NCBI GenBank assembly: GCA_951406725.2
Contig: OX597816.1
Location: 124,124,001 to 124,188,000, forward strand
DNA: 64,000 bases
Origin: Octopus vulgaris
Lineage: Eukaryota
Direction of reading: 5' to 3'
The notes beneath the pieces were generated by a model, which was not told the DNA's origin, ran no database searches, and worked only from the letters and a program-made list of their open reading frames with translations. Shown here piece after piece: positions 26,175 through 37,689 of this stretch (within the stretch, counting starts at the first letter, position 1; each line of letters starts with the position of its first letter). The position numbers and the translations under genes were made by a program.

Positions 26175-27720
26175 CCATAGAGCATTACAGTACAATTCAA
26201 TAGCAAGATATTACACATCAGTAGGTACCATAGAGCAACCACGATATGAATGAATATTTGTCTGTCTTGCTTCTTAACCTTTAAAATTTTTAAATGTTGA
26301 TATTGTTGCAGTTATTTCTGCCACTATATTTGCCTCAGGTCAACCCTGATTGTGCAAAACTATTATTGAAAGTGTTCTGTGTTTTTGTGTATCAGGTACT
26401 ATACTGTCCAGTGTAAATTTCTTTAAGATGGGAAGGTGTAATCCGAGGGAGACTTTGCAGTTATTTCTGGTGTAAAGTGGTATGTTGCCACTGTTGTATC
26501 TGTCTTATGACAATGGTTGTCACTCATACAGATATTGTTATATTCTGACATCGTCGATAGAATGGTTCTATCTGGCACTGTATGACCCCCAGTCATACAG
26601 TCTTATTATCCTCAAGAAGTTGAATTGATATAACATCCACTTAGTATTGCAGTATAATTACTATATTAGCACAGACAAGACTATTAATGCAGTCTACATG
26701 TAGTCTCGACCTTCTGTTCTTCTTCTGTCGACCAGCGACTGGTCTATTTATAATGACTGGCTTCTATCACTTTTCACCAGGTGGAGTGTACAGTTTCACT
26801 ATACAACAATTTCTAGAAACACAAGTGACTGCATAGACAACCCTTTATTAACTCAATTGAGTGCCTAGAGACTTGCCCATGAGTGACCACATAAAGCTTC
26901 TTTGTTTTTGTTGATGGTGCTGTTCTTTTTTATACTTAAAGCACAACACAGTATTCATTACATACATTATTTGAATGTAAAGTAACTTCACATTAATTCC
27001 ACAATTCTATATTCAATACTTTATTGCATGTATTTTTTTCTCTTCCACACTGAGTTCAAATCCTTGAGCAATCAATTTCGGCATTCAGTCTTTTAAGGCT
27101 GATAAAATAAAATACTGGTCCATAATGACAGGCAAAATTATTAAAGAGTTTAATGAGATATTTGTAACAGCATTTTGGTTTCTTAGTTCTTGTGTGGCAC
27201 GTAATCCATTGGCCCTCCAGCTCTTGAGTGATTTTTGCAGAGTTCATGCTGATGCAAGCATTTGTGCTACATTTCCAGTTTGAGGATAATTTTCTTTCTT
27301 CTACAAGCTTCAGAGACCCTGTCAAAATATCAGGACATGGGCACCACAATTTCCCACTCTGGCTAAACAATAAAAAAGAAGTTCTAGTATCAATTTGTTG
27401 AAAATGACTGCTTTGTATCCAAATTCAAAATATAATGAATTGTGTCTTGTGCAAAGCATTCTTTATGATTGCTGTTATTCAAAAATAGAGTGGTAGTTGA
27501 GGAAAGCAAAGTTGTGTCAGACTGTTAGAGGGCATGACAAAACGTTTTAAAGCATTTAGTCAAGTCGTTCTAAGTTATAATTTCAAATTTTGACAGGGTT
27601 AACTTTGCTTTCCAATCTTCTGGAGTTCATCAAATAGGTACCATTTGGATACTTGATCGATTGTATTGACTGTTTTATCTTTCAAACTCTGTGTCCTGTA
27701 AGAAATTATTATTATTATTA

Positions 27721-27782
<62 letters not shown>

Positions 27783-28012
27783 TAAGGTGGCGAGCTGGCA
27801 GAATCGTTAGCACACCTGACAATAAACTTCATAATATTGTGATATTTCATCCATCCTTACATTCTGAGTTCACATTCTTCTGAGGTTGACTTTGCCTTTC
27901 ATCCTTTTAGGGTCGATGAAATAAGTGCCAGTGAAACACTGGGGTCGATGTAATCGACTAGCCTTCTCCCACAAAATTTCAGGCCTTGGGCCTATAGTAA
28001 AAAGGATCATTA
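27783..28012 (+). mobile_element. SINE family B downstream of (TTA)n
   Basis: AAGGTGGCGAGCTGGCAGAATCGTTAGC...GTTGACTTTGCCTTTCATCC...GGCCTTGGGCCTATAGTAAAAAGGAT. Confidence 0.85.
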
Positions 28013-28139
28013 TCATAGTCAGTTGTAGCAGTAGTGGCAGTGGAGTCAGTGTTATTGTGATCATCTTCATCATCTTCATGAAGATCATCATCATTATCAT
28101 TATCATAATTATTATTATTCATATACATACAACAGATTA

Positions 28140-28805
28140 AACTGTTGGAAAAGGAAAACCCCAACATTGGGCTACAACAAGTAATCTGACTTCATTAGTT
28201 TCTCCCATTCTTCTGATGTACACCGTCTCAATTTTCGTTTTCATTTCTATAGCTAGTATTCTGTCAGATTCTAATACTCCTAGATACTTATAACTCTCTC
28301 TTCCTATCAATGCTTTTAGTGTCTGACCATCTGCTAATTGGATGGCTTCACTGTTGACTACTTGTCCCCTTCTCATGACTAATATTGCACACTTATCTAT
28401 GACAAATTTCATGTCTATATCTTTATTGAAAAGTCTTACAGTCTGTATTGATGTAGCTGTATCTTTTTCATTCTCACTAAAAAGTTTCATATCATCCAAT
28501 GTAGAGCAAATGGTTTAATTTTTCTCTTACTATTTCTGAACTGATACTTTGCCTTCCTTAATACTAAACTGAGGGGGATGAAACACAAGATAAATATTAA
28601 AGGGGTTAATGAGACCTCTTCAAAAATTCCTCTCTTGATATCCAACTATCCCTAAGACTGTGTCACCTGAGTATAGATCTACTTTCTATTTCTTCATGCT
28701 ACAGCTAATTAATTCTCTTATGTTGTCTGCTATACTGAATATATTCAAACATTCACTTATCCATAAGTGTGGGATCATGCCATAGGCTTTTTATAATCTA
28801 TCCAA
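28140..28805 (-). mobile_element. R4/Dong-like LINE reverse transcriptase fragment
   Basis: WIDYKKAYGMIPH, DIKRGIF, DDMKLF, KCAIL, SYKYLGVLE; frameshifted. Confidence 0.8.
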
Positions 28806-28842
28806 TATTATTGTTGTTTTTGTTGTTGTTGTTGTTGTCATT

Positions 28843-30528
28843 CATCATCATCATCATCATCATCATCGACATCGTCGTTCAACGTCCGCTTTCCATGCTA
28901 GCATGGGTTGGACGATTTGACTGAGGTCTGGCAAACCAGATGGCGGCACCAGGCTCCAATCTGATCTTGCAGAGTTTCTACAGCTGGATGCCCTTCCTAA
29001 CACCAACCACTCCGAGAGTATTGTGGTTGCTTTTACGTACCACCAGCACGAGGGCCAGTTATGCAATAGTGGCAACGGCCATGCTCAAATGGTGCTTTTT
29101 TTGTGTCACCTGCACTGGAGCCAGTCCAACAGCACTGGCAATGACCTCACTCAAATGTTTTTTTATGTGCCACCAGCACAAATGCCAGTAAAGCAACACA
29201 GGTAACGATCATGCTCAAATGGTGCTTTTTACATGTCACTGGCACAGAAGCCAGTTTGTTGCTCTGGCAATGATCACTCTTGGATGGTGTTCTTAGCACT
29301 CCACTAGCATGGATACCAGTCATCGAATTTGATTTCGATTCTGATTTCAATTTCAATTTCACTTGCCTCAACAGGTCTTTGCAAGCAGAGTTTAGTGTCC
29401 AATGAAGGAAAGGTATGCATAAATAGGCTGGTTATACCCCTGGTATAGGCCACGAGGTTATGGTCTCACTTGGCTTGCCGAGTCTTCTCACGCACAGCAT
29501 ATTTCCAAAGGTCCCAGTCACTAGTCATTGCCTCGGTGAGGCCCAATGTTCGAAGGTCATGCTTCATCACCTCATCCCAGGTCTTCCTGGGTCTACCTCT
29601 TCCACAGGTTCCTTCAATCACTAGGATGTGGCACTTTTTTACACAGCTATTCACATTCATTCTTGCCACATGACCAGTTGTCTCTCTAGCACACCACATC
29701 TGTTGCTTCTTAGGTCCAATTTTTCTCTCAAGGTACTTACACTCTGTTAAGTATGCACACTGACATTACACATCCATCGGAGCATATTGGTTTCATTCCT
29801 TGCAAGCTTACACATATCTTCAGCAGTCACAGCCCTTGTTTCACTGCCATGTAGCATGGCTGTTCGTTCACATGTGTCATACAATCTATCTTTTACTCTG
29901 AGCAAGAGGCACTTTTTCACCAGCAGAAGTAAGAGCTCTTTGAACTTTGCCCTGGCTTTTCTTATTCTAGCAGCTACACTTTCAGCACACTCTCATCCAC
30001 TACTGACTTGGTCACCTAGGTAACGGAAGCTATCAACTACTTCTAGTTTTTCTTCCTGGAATGTGGCAGAAGTCGTTCTCTGCACATTTTCAGTGTTTAT
30101 TGCTCCCAAGCATCTGCCACATACAAAAACTATCTTCCCAGGTAGCCTTCCTTTGATATTGCTGCACCTCTTATGTGTCCATAGCCTACACTGGGTACAT
30201 CTTATAATAGAGTTTCTACCTATGCCTTTTCTGCAGATCAAGCAGAGCCAACTACCTGAAGGGATTTGTGGTTTGCCTGCCTTCCTACTTATTAGGACAT
30301 TGGCTTTAGCTAGGTTGACGCTAAGGCCCTTTGATTCTAATCCTTGCTTCCACGCTTGAAACTTCTCCTCTAGTTCTGATAGTGACTCAGCAATTAGAGC
30401 AAGGTTATCAGCATAGAGGAGCTCCCAGGGGCATCCTGTCTTGAATTCCTCTGTTATTGCCTGGAGGACTATGATAAATAGGAGGGGGCTGAGGACTGAA
30501 CCTTGGTGGACCCCTACATCTACCCGGA
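28843..30528 (-). mobile_element. 5'-truncated RTE LINE (RT domains 4-7, PHD-like finger, thumb, 3' UTR, tail)
   Basis: VGVHQGSVLSPLLFII, PWELLYADNL, FRYLGD, GRGRPRKTWDEV, stop at 29466, 3' UTR subrepeats and (GAT)n tail. Confidence 0.9.
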
Positions 30529-30561
<33 letters not shown>

Positions 30562-30970
30562 TTTGCACAGCTTCTAACACTGGAGATGCACTACAGTGTC
30601 AGCTGTTCACTACCAGTGAACTAAGGTAACACCTCTTTTTTTTTTCGAGCACCTTCCGGAGTATTAGAGCGGTTCCAAGCAGTGCTGTTTTCTGCAAGTG
30701 CCCCACCCTTATTGCAGCCCCTATTTATCAACAATTATTGGTACTACTGCTACCTTTTTCATCGACCACAACTGCTTAATTTCCCAAGCCAACTTGTCCT
30801 ATCTCTCGACTTTTCTTTCTTCCTTATTGCATACCTTGTTGTCAGCTGGGCATGCTATGTCTATGATCCAGCATAGTTTGTTTTCTTTCTCAATTAAGAC
30901 TATGTCCGGCTTTCTCTTCTCAATCTCATGGTCACAATGAATCATAAAATCCCATAGGAACTTTGCATTT
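30529..30970 (-). mobile_element. R4/Dong-like LINE 3' end (RLE endonuclease, 3' UTR, (TAA)n tail)
   Basis: LWDFMIHCDHEIEKRKPDIVLIEKENKLCWIIDIACPADNKV...LQKTALLGTALILRKVL, then a short UTR and (TAA)n. Confidence 0.85.
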
Positions 30971-31162
30971 CTATTTTTAACAATGCCTTCAGGTTTGTGG
31001 TCGTACCAATTTTTTGCCCTGTCAAATCCATATTTGTTGCAAAGATATATCTAAGTGAATTCCAAATACAACAAATCCCAGAATTAGATGTGCTGGAAAC
31101 AAGCACAGAAAAAGCTAAGTGTATGAAAACCTGTGCTAAAACTGCTGCCTTAGATATTCTTA

Positions 31163-32270
31163 TTATTATATGCTTGACTTTTGCTTTGTATTTGTACAAG
31201 TTGACTGCAAGTCTCACCCAGAGATCTCAAGAGACAACAAGTTAGAAATTCAAGTTGGTGTTATGACTAAGGTGCCATATATTTGGTTTTACACATAGTA
31301 TTGTTCTGGAGAATGTTTAAGAAAATGTAAGAAAATTATAAGATTGTTTTAAAATTTGAGATTACATAGATAATATTTTACGTAGGATAGGAACAGTTCC
31401 CATGAGCACTCTCTTTTGAATTCCGTATATTTTGGGGTTTCCTGGTATCTGAGCTAGGTAGGAATCAGCCCCTTTTGCTATCATTTCTAGGGCACCTATG
31501 ACAACAGGTATTGTTTCAGTTCTGAGGTTCCACATTTTGCCAATTTCTGTTTCAAGATCGTTATTCTTGCTCAGGTTTTGGTAGGTCTTAACAGATACAT
31601 TTATGCTGATTTGGGCAGTCATATCAATGAGGAGGCATGATTTTTGTCTGAAGTCTTTCAATATAAAGATAGATGCCTATTCGCATCTACCTTTCTGTCA
31701 GTTTGAATGGTGAAGTTCCAGCAGAATGAGATGTGGGCATTTTCAAGCACTGGAGGCAGTTTGTGTTTCCACCAGTTTTATCATGGCGCAGGTCCAAGTT
31801 TTTGCAGATTACCCAGTGAATATATTGTGCTGCTCTATCATGACTGTTGAGATACTCTGTAGGCACAAAAAGACTGCACATGGAGACATGATCAATGGTT
31901 TCATTTTGTTTACATACACGACATGTTGGGCTATTGCCGTTCTTTAATATGTTGGTAGGTATTGATCTTGGGCTGCTATGATAAACCCTTCTGTTTCAGA
32001 TTTTAAGCCAGAAGACACTAAGGCCTTTGTCAACATTGGCATTATTAGCTCTCTTTGGGTATTTGCCATTGAGATGTTTTTCTTACCATTTGTCAGTGAG
32101 AATATCTAAGGCAGCAGTTTTAGCACAGGTTTTCATACACTTAGCTTTTTCTGTGCGTGTTTCCAGCACATCTAATTCTGAATTTGTTGTATTTGGAATT
32201 CACTTAGATATTTCTTTGCCTGTTTTAATACTGAGTATGATGTTTTCTTGTGTTTGTGCTTTAAGAGAAG
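31163..32270 (-). mobile_element. R4/Dong-like LINE 3' portion (CCHC knuckle region and RLE domain)
   Basis: LKSETEGFIIAAQDQ, HDRAAQYIHWVIC, CLLIDMT...DLETEIGKMWNLRTETIPVVIGAL...ILRKILSM; 3' end in TAA repeat. Confidence 0.85.
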
Positions 32271-32303
<33 letters not shown>

Positions 32304-32317
32304 CATTATTATTATTA

Positions 32318-32530
32318 AGGTGGTGAGCTGGCAGAATCATTAGCACGCTGAGTAAAATCTTAGAGGCATTTTGTCCATCATTATGTTCTGAGTTCATATT
32401 CTACCAAGGTCAGCTTTGCCTTTCTTCCTTTCAGGATCAATAAAATAAGTGCTAGTTAAGTACTGGGGTCAAGGCAATCAACTTACCCTAGTTCTCTAAA
32501 TTGCTGAACTTGTGCCAAAATTTGAAATCA
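32318..32530 (+). mobile_element. SINE family B
   Basis: AAGGTGGTGAGCTGGCAGAATCATTAGC after (TTA)n. Confidence 0.8.
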
Positions 32531-32809
32531 TTATTATTGTATAACTGTTCAACATTTGGTAGTTTCAGGTAAATTTCTACTGTATCACCTGCTACACCTC
32601 AGTGTTGCTGGGGTGTGTGCAGCATTGTGTATTCATTTCTGTTTGGAGTGTACAAACTGTTCCCAGTATTGTTTTCTGTTAGTTTTTTTCCCTTGCGGTG
32701 TGGTGCAGTCTTTTGTTCTATTACTACTTGTATTGAGTGTTGAGTGTGTAATGCATTGGATATCTGGATTGCTGGTGGAAGTTTCTTTCATTGGATAATT
32801 GCTGTGTAG

Positions 32810-33105
32810 AGTGTGTCTTATGTTTGTGGGTTGTTTTGTTTAGGTTGTATTATTGAATTGATAGTGTATTGCATAGGATGTGAGCTGTTCCTAGCAGGGC
32901 TATCTTTTTGAATAGTACGTAGTGTCGAGGATCCAGGTATAGTTTCTACGTTTTTGTTCATAAGTTTTTTCATCATATCCAATGCTCCAATTATTATTGG
33001 TATTGTTTCCACCTTCATGCCCCACATTTTAAATACTTCAATTTCGAAGTCTTCGTACCTTAACAATTTCTCCACTTCTTTTTGGACAATGTTTTGATCA
33101 GATGA
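32810..33105 (-). mobile_element. R4/Dong-like RLE C-terminal fragment
   Basis: DQNIVQKEVEKLLRYEDFEIEVFKMWGMKVETIPIIIGAL. Confidence 0.75.
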
Positions 33106-33106
33106 G

Positions 33107-33320
33107 AGCTGCAAGCTGGCAAATTTGTTAGCATGCTGTACAAAATTCTTAGCAATATTTCTTCTGGTTCTTTACAGTTTGAGTTTAAATCCTGCCAAAG
33201 TCGACTTTGCCTTTCATCCTTTCAGGGTCAATAAAATAAGTACCAGTCGAGCACTGCGGTTGATACAACTAACTTACCCCCACCCCTCAAAATTGCTGGC
33301 CTTGTGAAAAACATTGAAGA
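33107..33320 (+). mobile_element. SINE family B
   Basis: GCAAGCTGGCAAATTTGTTAGC...GTCGACTTTGCCTTTCATCCTTTC, ATT tail. Confidence 0.75.
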
Positions 33321-34336
33321 ATTATTATTATTATCATTATTATCATTGTTAAAATGATTGAGAGCACTTATCCCTTTCATTTCCATTTTTCTGATGAAAA
33401 ACACTGTCTGTATTTTAATTAATTTTGAAAATATTCAAGAATTTGGAGAGGTTTCATAAAACAACAAACTTTGTCATTAAGTTAGTGTTTGGAATATGAC
33501 TTAATTAAAGATTCTTGCATAATATTATGATGGACAGTTTTAATTTAAATATGAACATTTTAAAAGGGATAGTTTTGAAATGGAATCAAACACTGTTAGA
33601 TGCAGTTGGTTTGATATAAAAAATGGGTAGAATGAATGCCACAACTGATTAAGACTAAACAAAATGCTTTGCAGTATATAGTAATTTCCTTTTACATTCC
33701 AAGTTCTAATCTCATAAGAACAACTTTACCTTTCATGCAGCTGGGATTGATAAACTAAGTATCAATCATTTAGTGAGATAAATTTGAATAACTTTGAGGT
33801 TAATTTTATGGTATTGTGTCAGTCTAACAAATTTCACAGTGTAACACAATTTTTATCCTTGGGTGGCAACTGTTTTTTCCTATTTGCTTGCCCCTGGAAA
33901 ATACGAAAAATGGTTAATACTTCCTTCAAACTTTGCTTTTGTTACATCTATTGAAATCCCCAAAGAATCCCTCTCAACATATGGCTATGATGCTCTTCAA
34001 CTATTTCTGTTCATGATCAGAGATGCATGTATATTGTCAGCTGTTAAGGGGCATGGTTAAGCAGTTAGGGTCAAGCAAATGACAAGCAAGTCTGTGATAT
34101 TGAGCAGAATATTTGTTCTAATAATATTCTTGCTTCAGCAACTCAGTGGTGACTCTGTCTGAAATGTAATGGAAAATGGGTCAGTTTCAAAACATTGATG
34201 TCTAAGTCATAAAAGCAAAGTCTGAAGGGAATAGCAGTCATTTCCTTTGATTTCTACATAGAAGTAAACAGGAAATTAAACTTAATGGCCAAAGACAAAA
34301 AGAAAAAAAAAATTGTCATTATTGTTAAACTAATTA

Positions 34337-34555
34337 AGGTGGCAAGCTGGCAGGATGATTTTCATTCCAGACAAAATGCTTTGCAGCATTTCAGCCATTT
34401 CTATGTTTTAAGTTCAAATTCCACTGAAGTTGACTTTGCCTTTCTTCCTCTTGGGAATGATGAATTACATACCATTTAAGCACTGGAGTTAATGTAATTG
34501 ACTTACCTACTACCCCAAAATTCCAGGCCTTGTGCCTATCTTACAAAGGATTATT
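34337..34555 (+). mobile_element. SINE family B
   Basis: AAGGTGGCAAGCTGGCAG...AGTTCAAATTCCACTGAAGTTGACTTTGCC...GGCCTTGTGCC. Confidence 0.75.
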
Positions 34556-34989
34556 GTTAAGATGATTAAAAACGATGGTAGAGCAAGAGGTAAAGCCACC
34601 AGCAAGCTAAATCTGTAATGCAGTTTCATTCTCATTTCACACCATTTCAGTTTATTTCACTTACACTAGTCTTATTCTTTGCAAAAATACGAATATCCTA
34701 TTTTACATCCCAATTTCTCTTTTATATATGGGACCTTTGTCCTCAGTATAACAAAAACAAAAAGAAAAAAATTCCTGTTTCAGTGTTGTAGAATGCATTT
34801 CTCATAGACTGTATCGTTGCCTTTATCATGTCATCTGTGAAATATTCAGGAATTAAGGGATATCATAGTTGATCTAAGCTGCCTATAAATATTAATTCTA
34901 TCACAGCATCCAATTGCGTTTCATCATGTTAATTTATTTTTCAATTTAGATATTTATTATTGTTGTCACTAACATCTTCCTCATCACTG

Positions 34990-36511
34990 CTTCAACCATT
35001 ATCATCAACATCATCAGCATCATCGTTGTTGCTGTCGTCATGTTTATTTGTTTTTTTTTCTTCTTTAATATACCAAATTATGATGATCATGTTCATCTTT
35101 CCTTAGATGATATTAAAACTGCTTTTTAGTATTATTTCTTCATACATCAGAAATTTAAGTAGAAATGGCAATAACAATACTGGCAGCTTTATTGTCATTA
35201 TTATTATTAGCCCTTGTGGCTAATGAAGAAAGGATTATCATTATTATTATTATTATTATCATCATCATCATCATCATTATTATTGTTATTATTTTTTTCA
35301 TTATTATTATTAGTATTATTATTACTATCAACTACAAATTTTATTATTACAGCAGCAGCACTAGTAGTAGTGGTAGCAGCAGCAGCAACCACACCAGCAA
35401 GAGCAAAGCCAGCTATAACATAGCAGTGGTTCTAACAACAGCAATCATGACCACAAGAAACAAAAAACAAAAATGGCACCAACAATGCTCAAGTCAATAA
35501 CAACAACAACAGCAACAATGATGGACTACCACCACTACTACTACTGCTGCTGCTGCCGCTGTTGGCAACAACAAACAACAACCAGAGTAAAATCAACAAC
35601 ATGAAAACAAATAAATGATTACAGCTAAAATAAAAAACATCAACATGAACAGCAGCTGCAGCAACAGTGGTGGTGGTAGTGGTGGTGGTGGTTGTGGTGG
35701 TGGTGGTGGTGGTGGCGGTGGTGGAGGTGGTGGTGGTGGTGGTGGTGGTTGTGGTGGTGGTGGTGGTGGTGGTGGTGGTGGTGGTGGTGGTTGTGTTGTT
35801 GTTGGTGGTGGGTGGTGGTTGTGGTGGTGGTGGTGGTAGTGGTGTTGTTGTTGTTGGTGGTGGTGTTTGTGGTGGTGGTGGTGGTGGCGGTGGTGGAGGT
35901 GGTGGCTTTGGTGGTTGTGGTGGTGGTGGTGGTGGTTGTGTTGTTGTTGTTGGTGGGGTGGTGGTTGTGGTGATTGTGGTGGTGGTGGTATTAGTGTTTT
36001 GCTATATTTTCTTGACTTTGGCAATAATGACAATAAAAATTGCAAACATAAGATGTGACTACATTGATAATGGCTACAACAACAACAAACTAAAAGAGAC
36101 ACAATAAAAAAAACAACACTGACGGCAGTAACAACAACAACAACAATAACGATAATGACAACAACAGCAACAGGGGCAGCAAAGACAACAATAACAATAA
36201 AAACAGCAATAGCAGTAGCACCAACAACAACAACAGCAGCAGCAACAACAATGATAATGCAACAATGATATAATTTACCGCAGTAGTGGTTAAGACAATA
36301 ATAACCATGACAACAAAGCTGATTAGCATTACAAACAACAACAACAACAATAACTGCTGCAGTGAAGAGTGTAGCAAGTACGAGATCTGATCCAAAGACA
36401 ACCAAAGAAAAAAAATAAAACAACAACATAAGCAACAATATCTATCACAGTAACCACAACAACCAAAAACCAACAATAACAAGAACAAAAAAGAACAATA
36501 ATAATAATAAC

Positions 36512-36564
<53 letters not shown>

Positions 36565-36638
36565 TGATGATGATGATGATAATGATGATGATGATGGTAA
36601 TGATAATGATAATAATAATAATAATGATAATAATGATA

Positions 36639-36681
<43 letters not shown>

Positions 36682-36800
36682 TGATAATAATAATAATAAT
36701 AATAATAATAAAAGACACTTAAAGGCAAGCAAGAACAGGAACAGCATCTGCAACAACAACAACAACAACAACAACAATAAGAGCAGCAGTAGCCATAGCA
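34990..36800. repeat. About 1.8-kb compound trinucleotide field: (ATT/ATC), (GGT/GTT), (CAA/CAG), (AAT/GAT)
   Basis: Direct inspection; source of the poly-V/G/W/P/H/Y/I ORFs. Confidence 0.95.
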
Positions 36801-37000
36801 GTGAAGACAGCAAGCAGTAATTCCAATAAGTGGTGCTCATCTGGTCATTTGGCATTGCCAGAGATAGCATGTGAATTGTTCCCCGAATCACCTAATTGCC
36901 TAATATCCTCTATTTCGAAAGGAAAGGATGAAAGGATGCACTGAGAGCTGAGTGCTTGTTGGTTGGCCAGGGCCAAAGAGGTTTTAATGATATATTTTTA

Positions 37001-37162
37001 TATCTTTACATTATTTACATTTGACTGATTGATATTTGTCCTCATCTTGTTTGTTGTTAACACAACGTTTTGCCTGGTATACCCTCCAGCCTACATCAGG
37101 TGTCTTGGGGAAATTTCAAACCTGGCTTCTCATTCCTAAGGTATTTTGTTTATTTTTTTCGA

Positions 37163-37195
<33 letters not shown>

Positions 37196-37297
37196 TATTA
37201 TTGTTCAAGTCACTGCTTGGAATTGAACTCAGAATTTTGGGGTTAGTAGCCTGTGCTCTTAACCACTACGCCATATGCTCTTAAATATAGAACTGTA
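37001..37297 (-). mobile_element. Composite element: tRNA-like Pol III head + (AAT)n + degenerate hammerhead + PLE-like tail
   Basis: Minus: TGGCGTAGTGG A box and GAGTTCAATTCC B box (37205-37278); GACAC-CTGATGT-A-GGCTGG..CCAGGC-AAAAC-GTT-GTGTT (37059-37104). Confidence 0.65.
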
Positions 37298-37689
37298 TTT
37301 TTATACCTGTTAAATCGAAACAGAACTAGGAGCTTAACAGACAAGTGCAAAAAATCATAAAAATATACAAAAAGCAGCAGTGGCATTGTCATCATCATCA
37401 TAATCATCACCACCATCATCATCATCATACTCATCATCCTTGTTCTCCTCCTCCTTTTTATCATCAACATTATCATCATCAGTAGTTCCCAAACTTGTCC
37501 AAACTATTACCCCTTTTTCAACACTTACACCCATCCATCGCCCAAACCCCCACCCTAAAAAAATCACCATGTTTATTGTGATAAGAAGGTACTTGAAGAA
37601 AAATTAATGTTTTATGTCATCTAATCTTACAAAGTTATAGAAACAGTTCTGAATAGAATTTAATTTTTTTTTTCAGTAAGCATGGACAT

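Noticed and set aside
35593-36891. Long ORFs up to 281 aa (poly-V/P/H/Y/I/L)
   Set aside because: Translations of trinucleotide microsatellites, open in several frames on both strands
37205-37278. Possible true tRNA gene (likewise the other SINE heads)
   Set aside because: A and B boxes are present, but acceptor and anticodon stems do not pair properly and the head continues into repeat body
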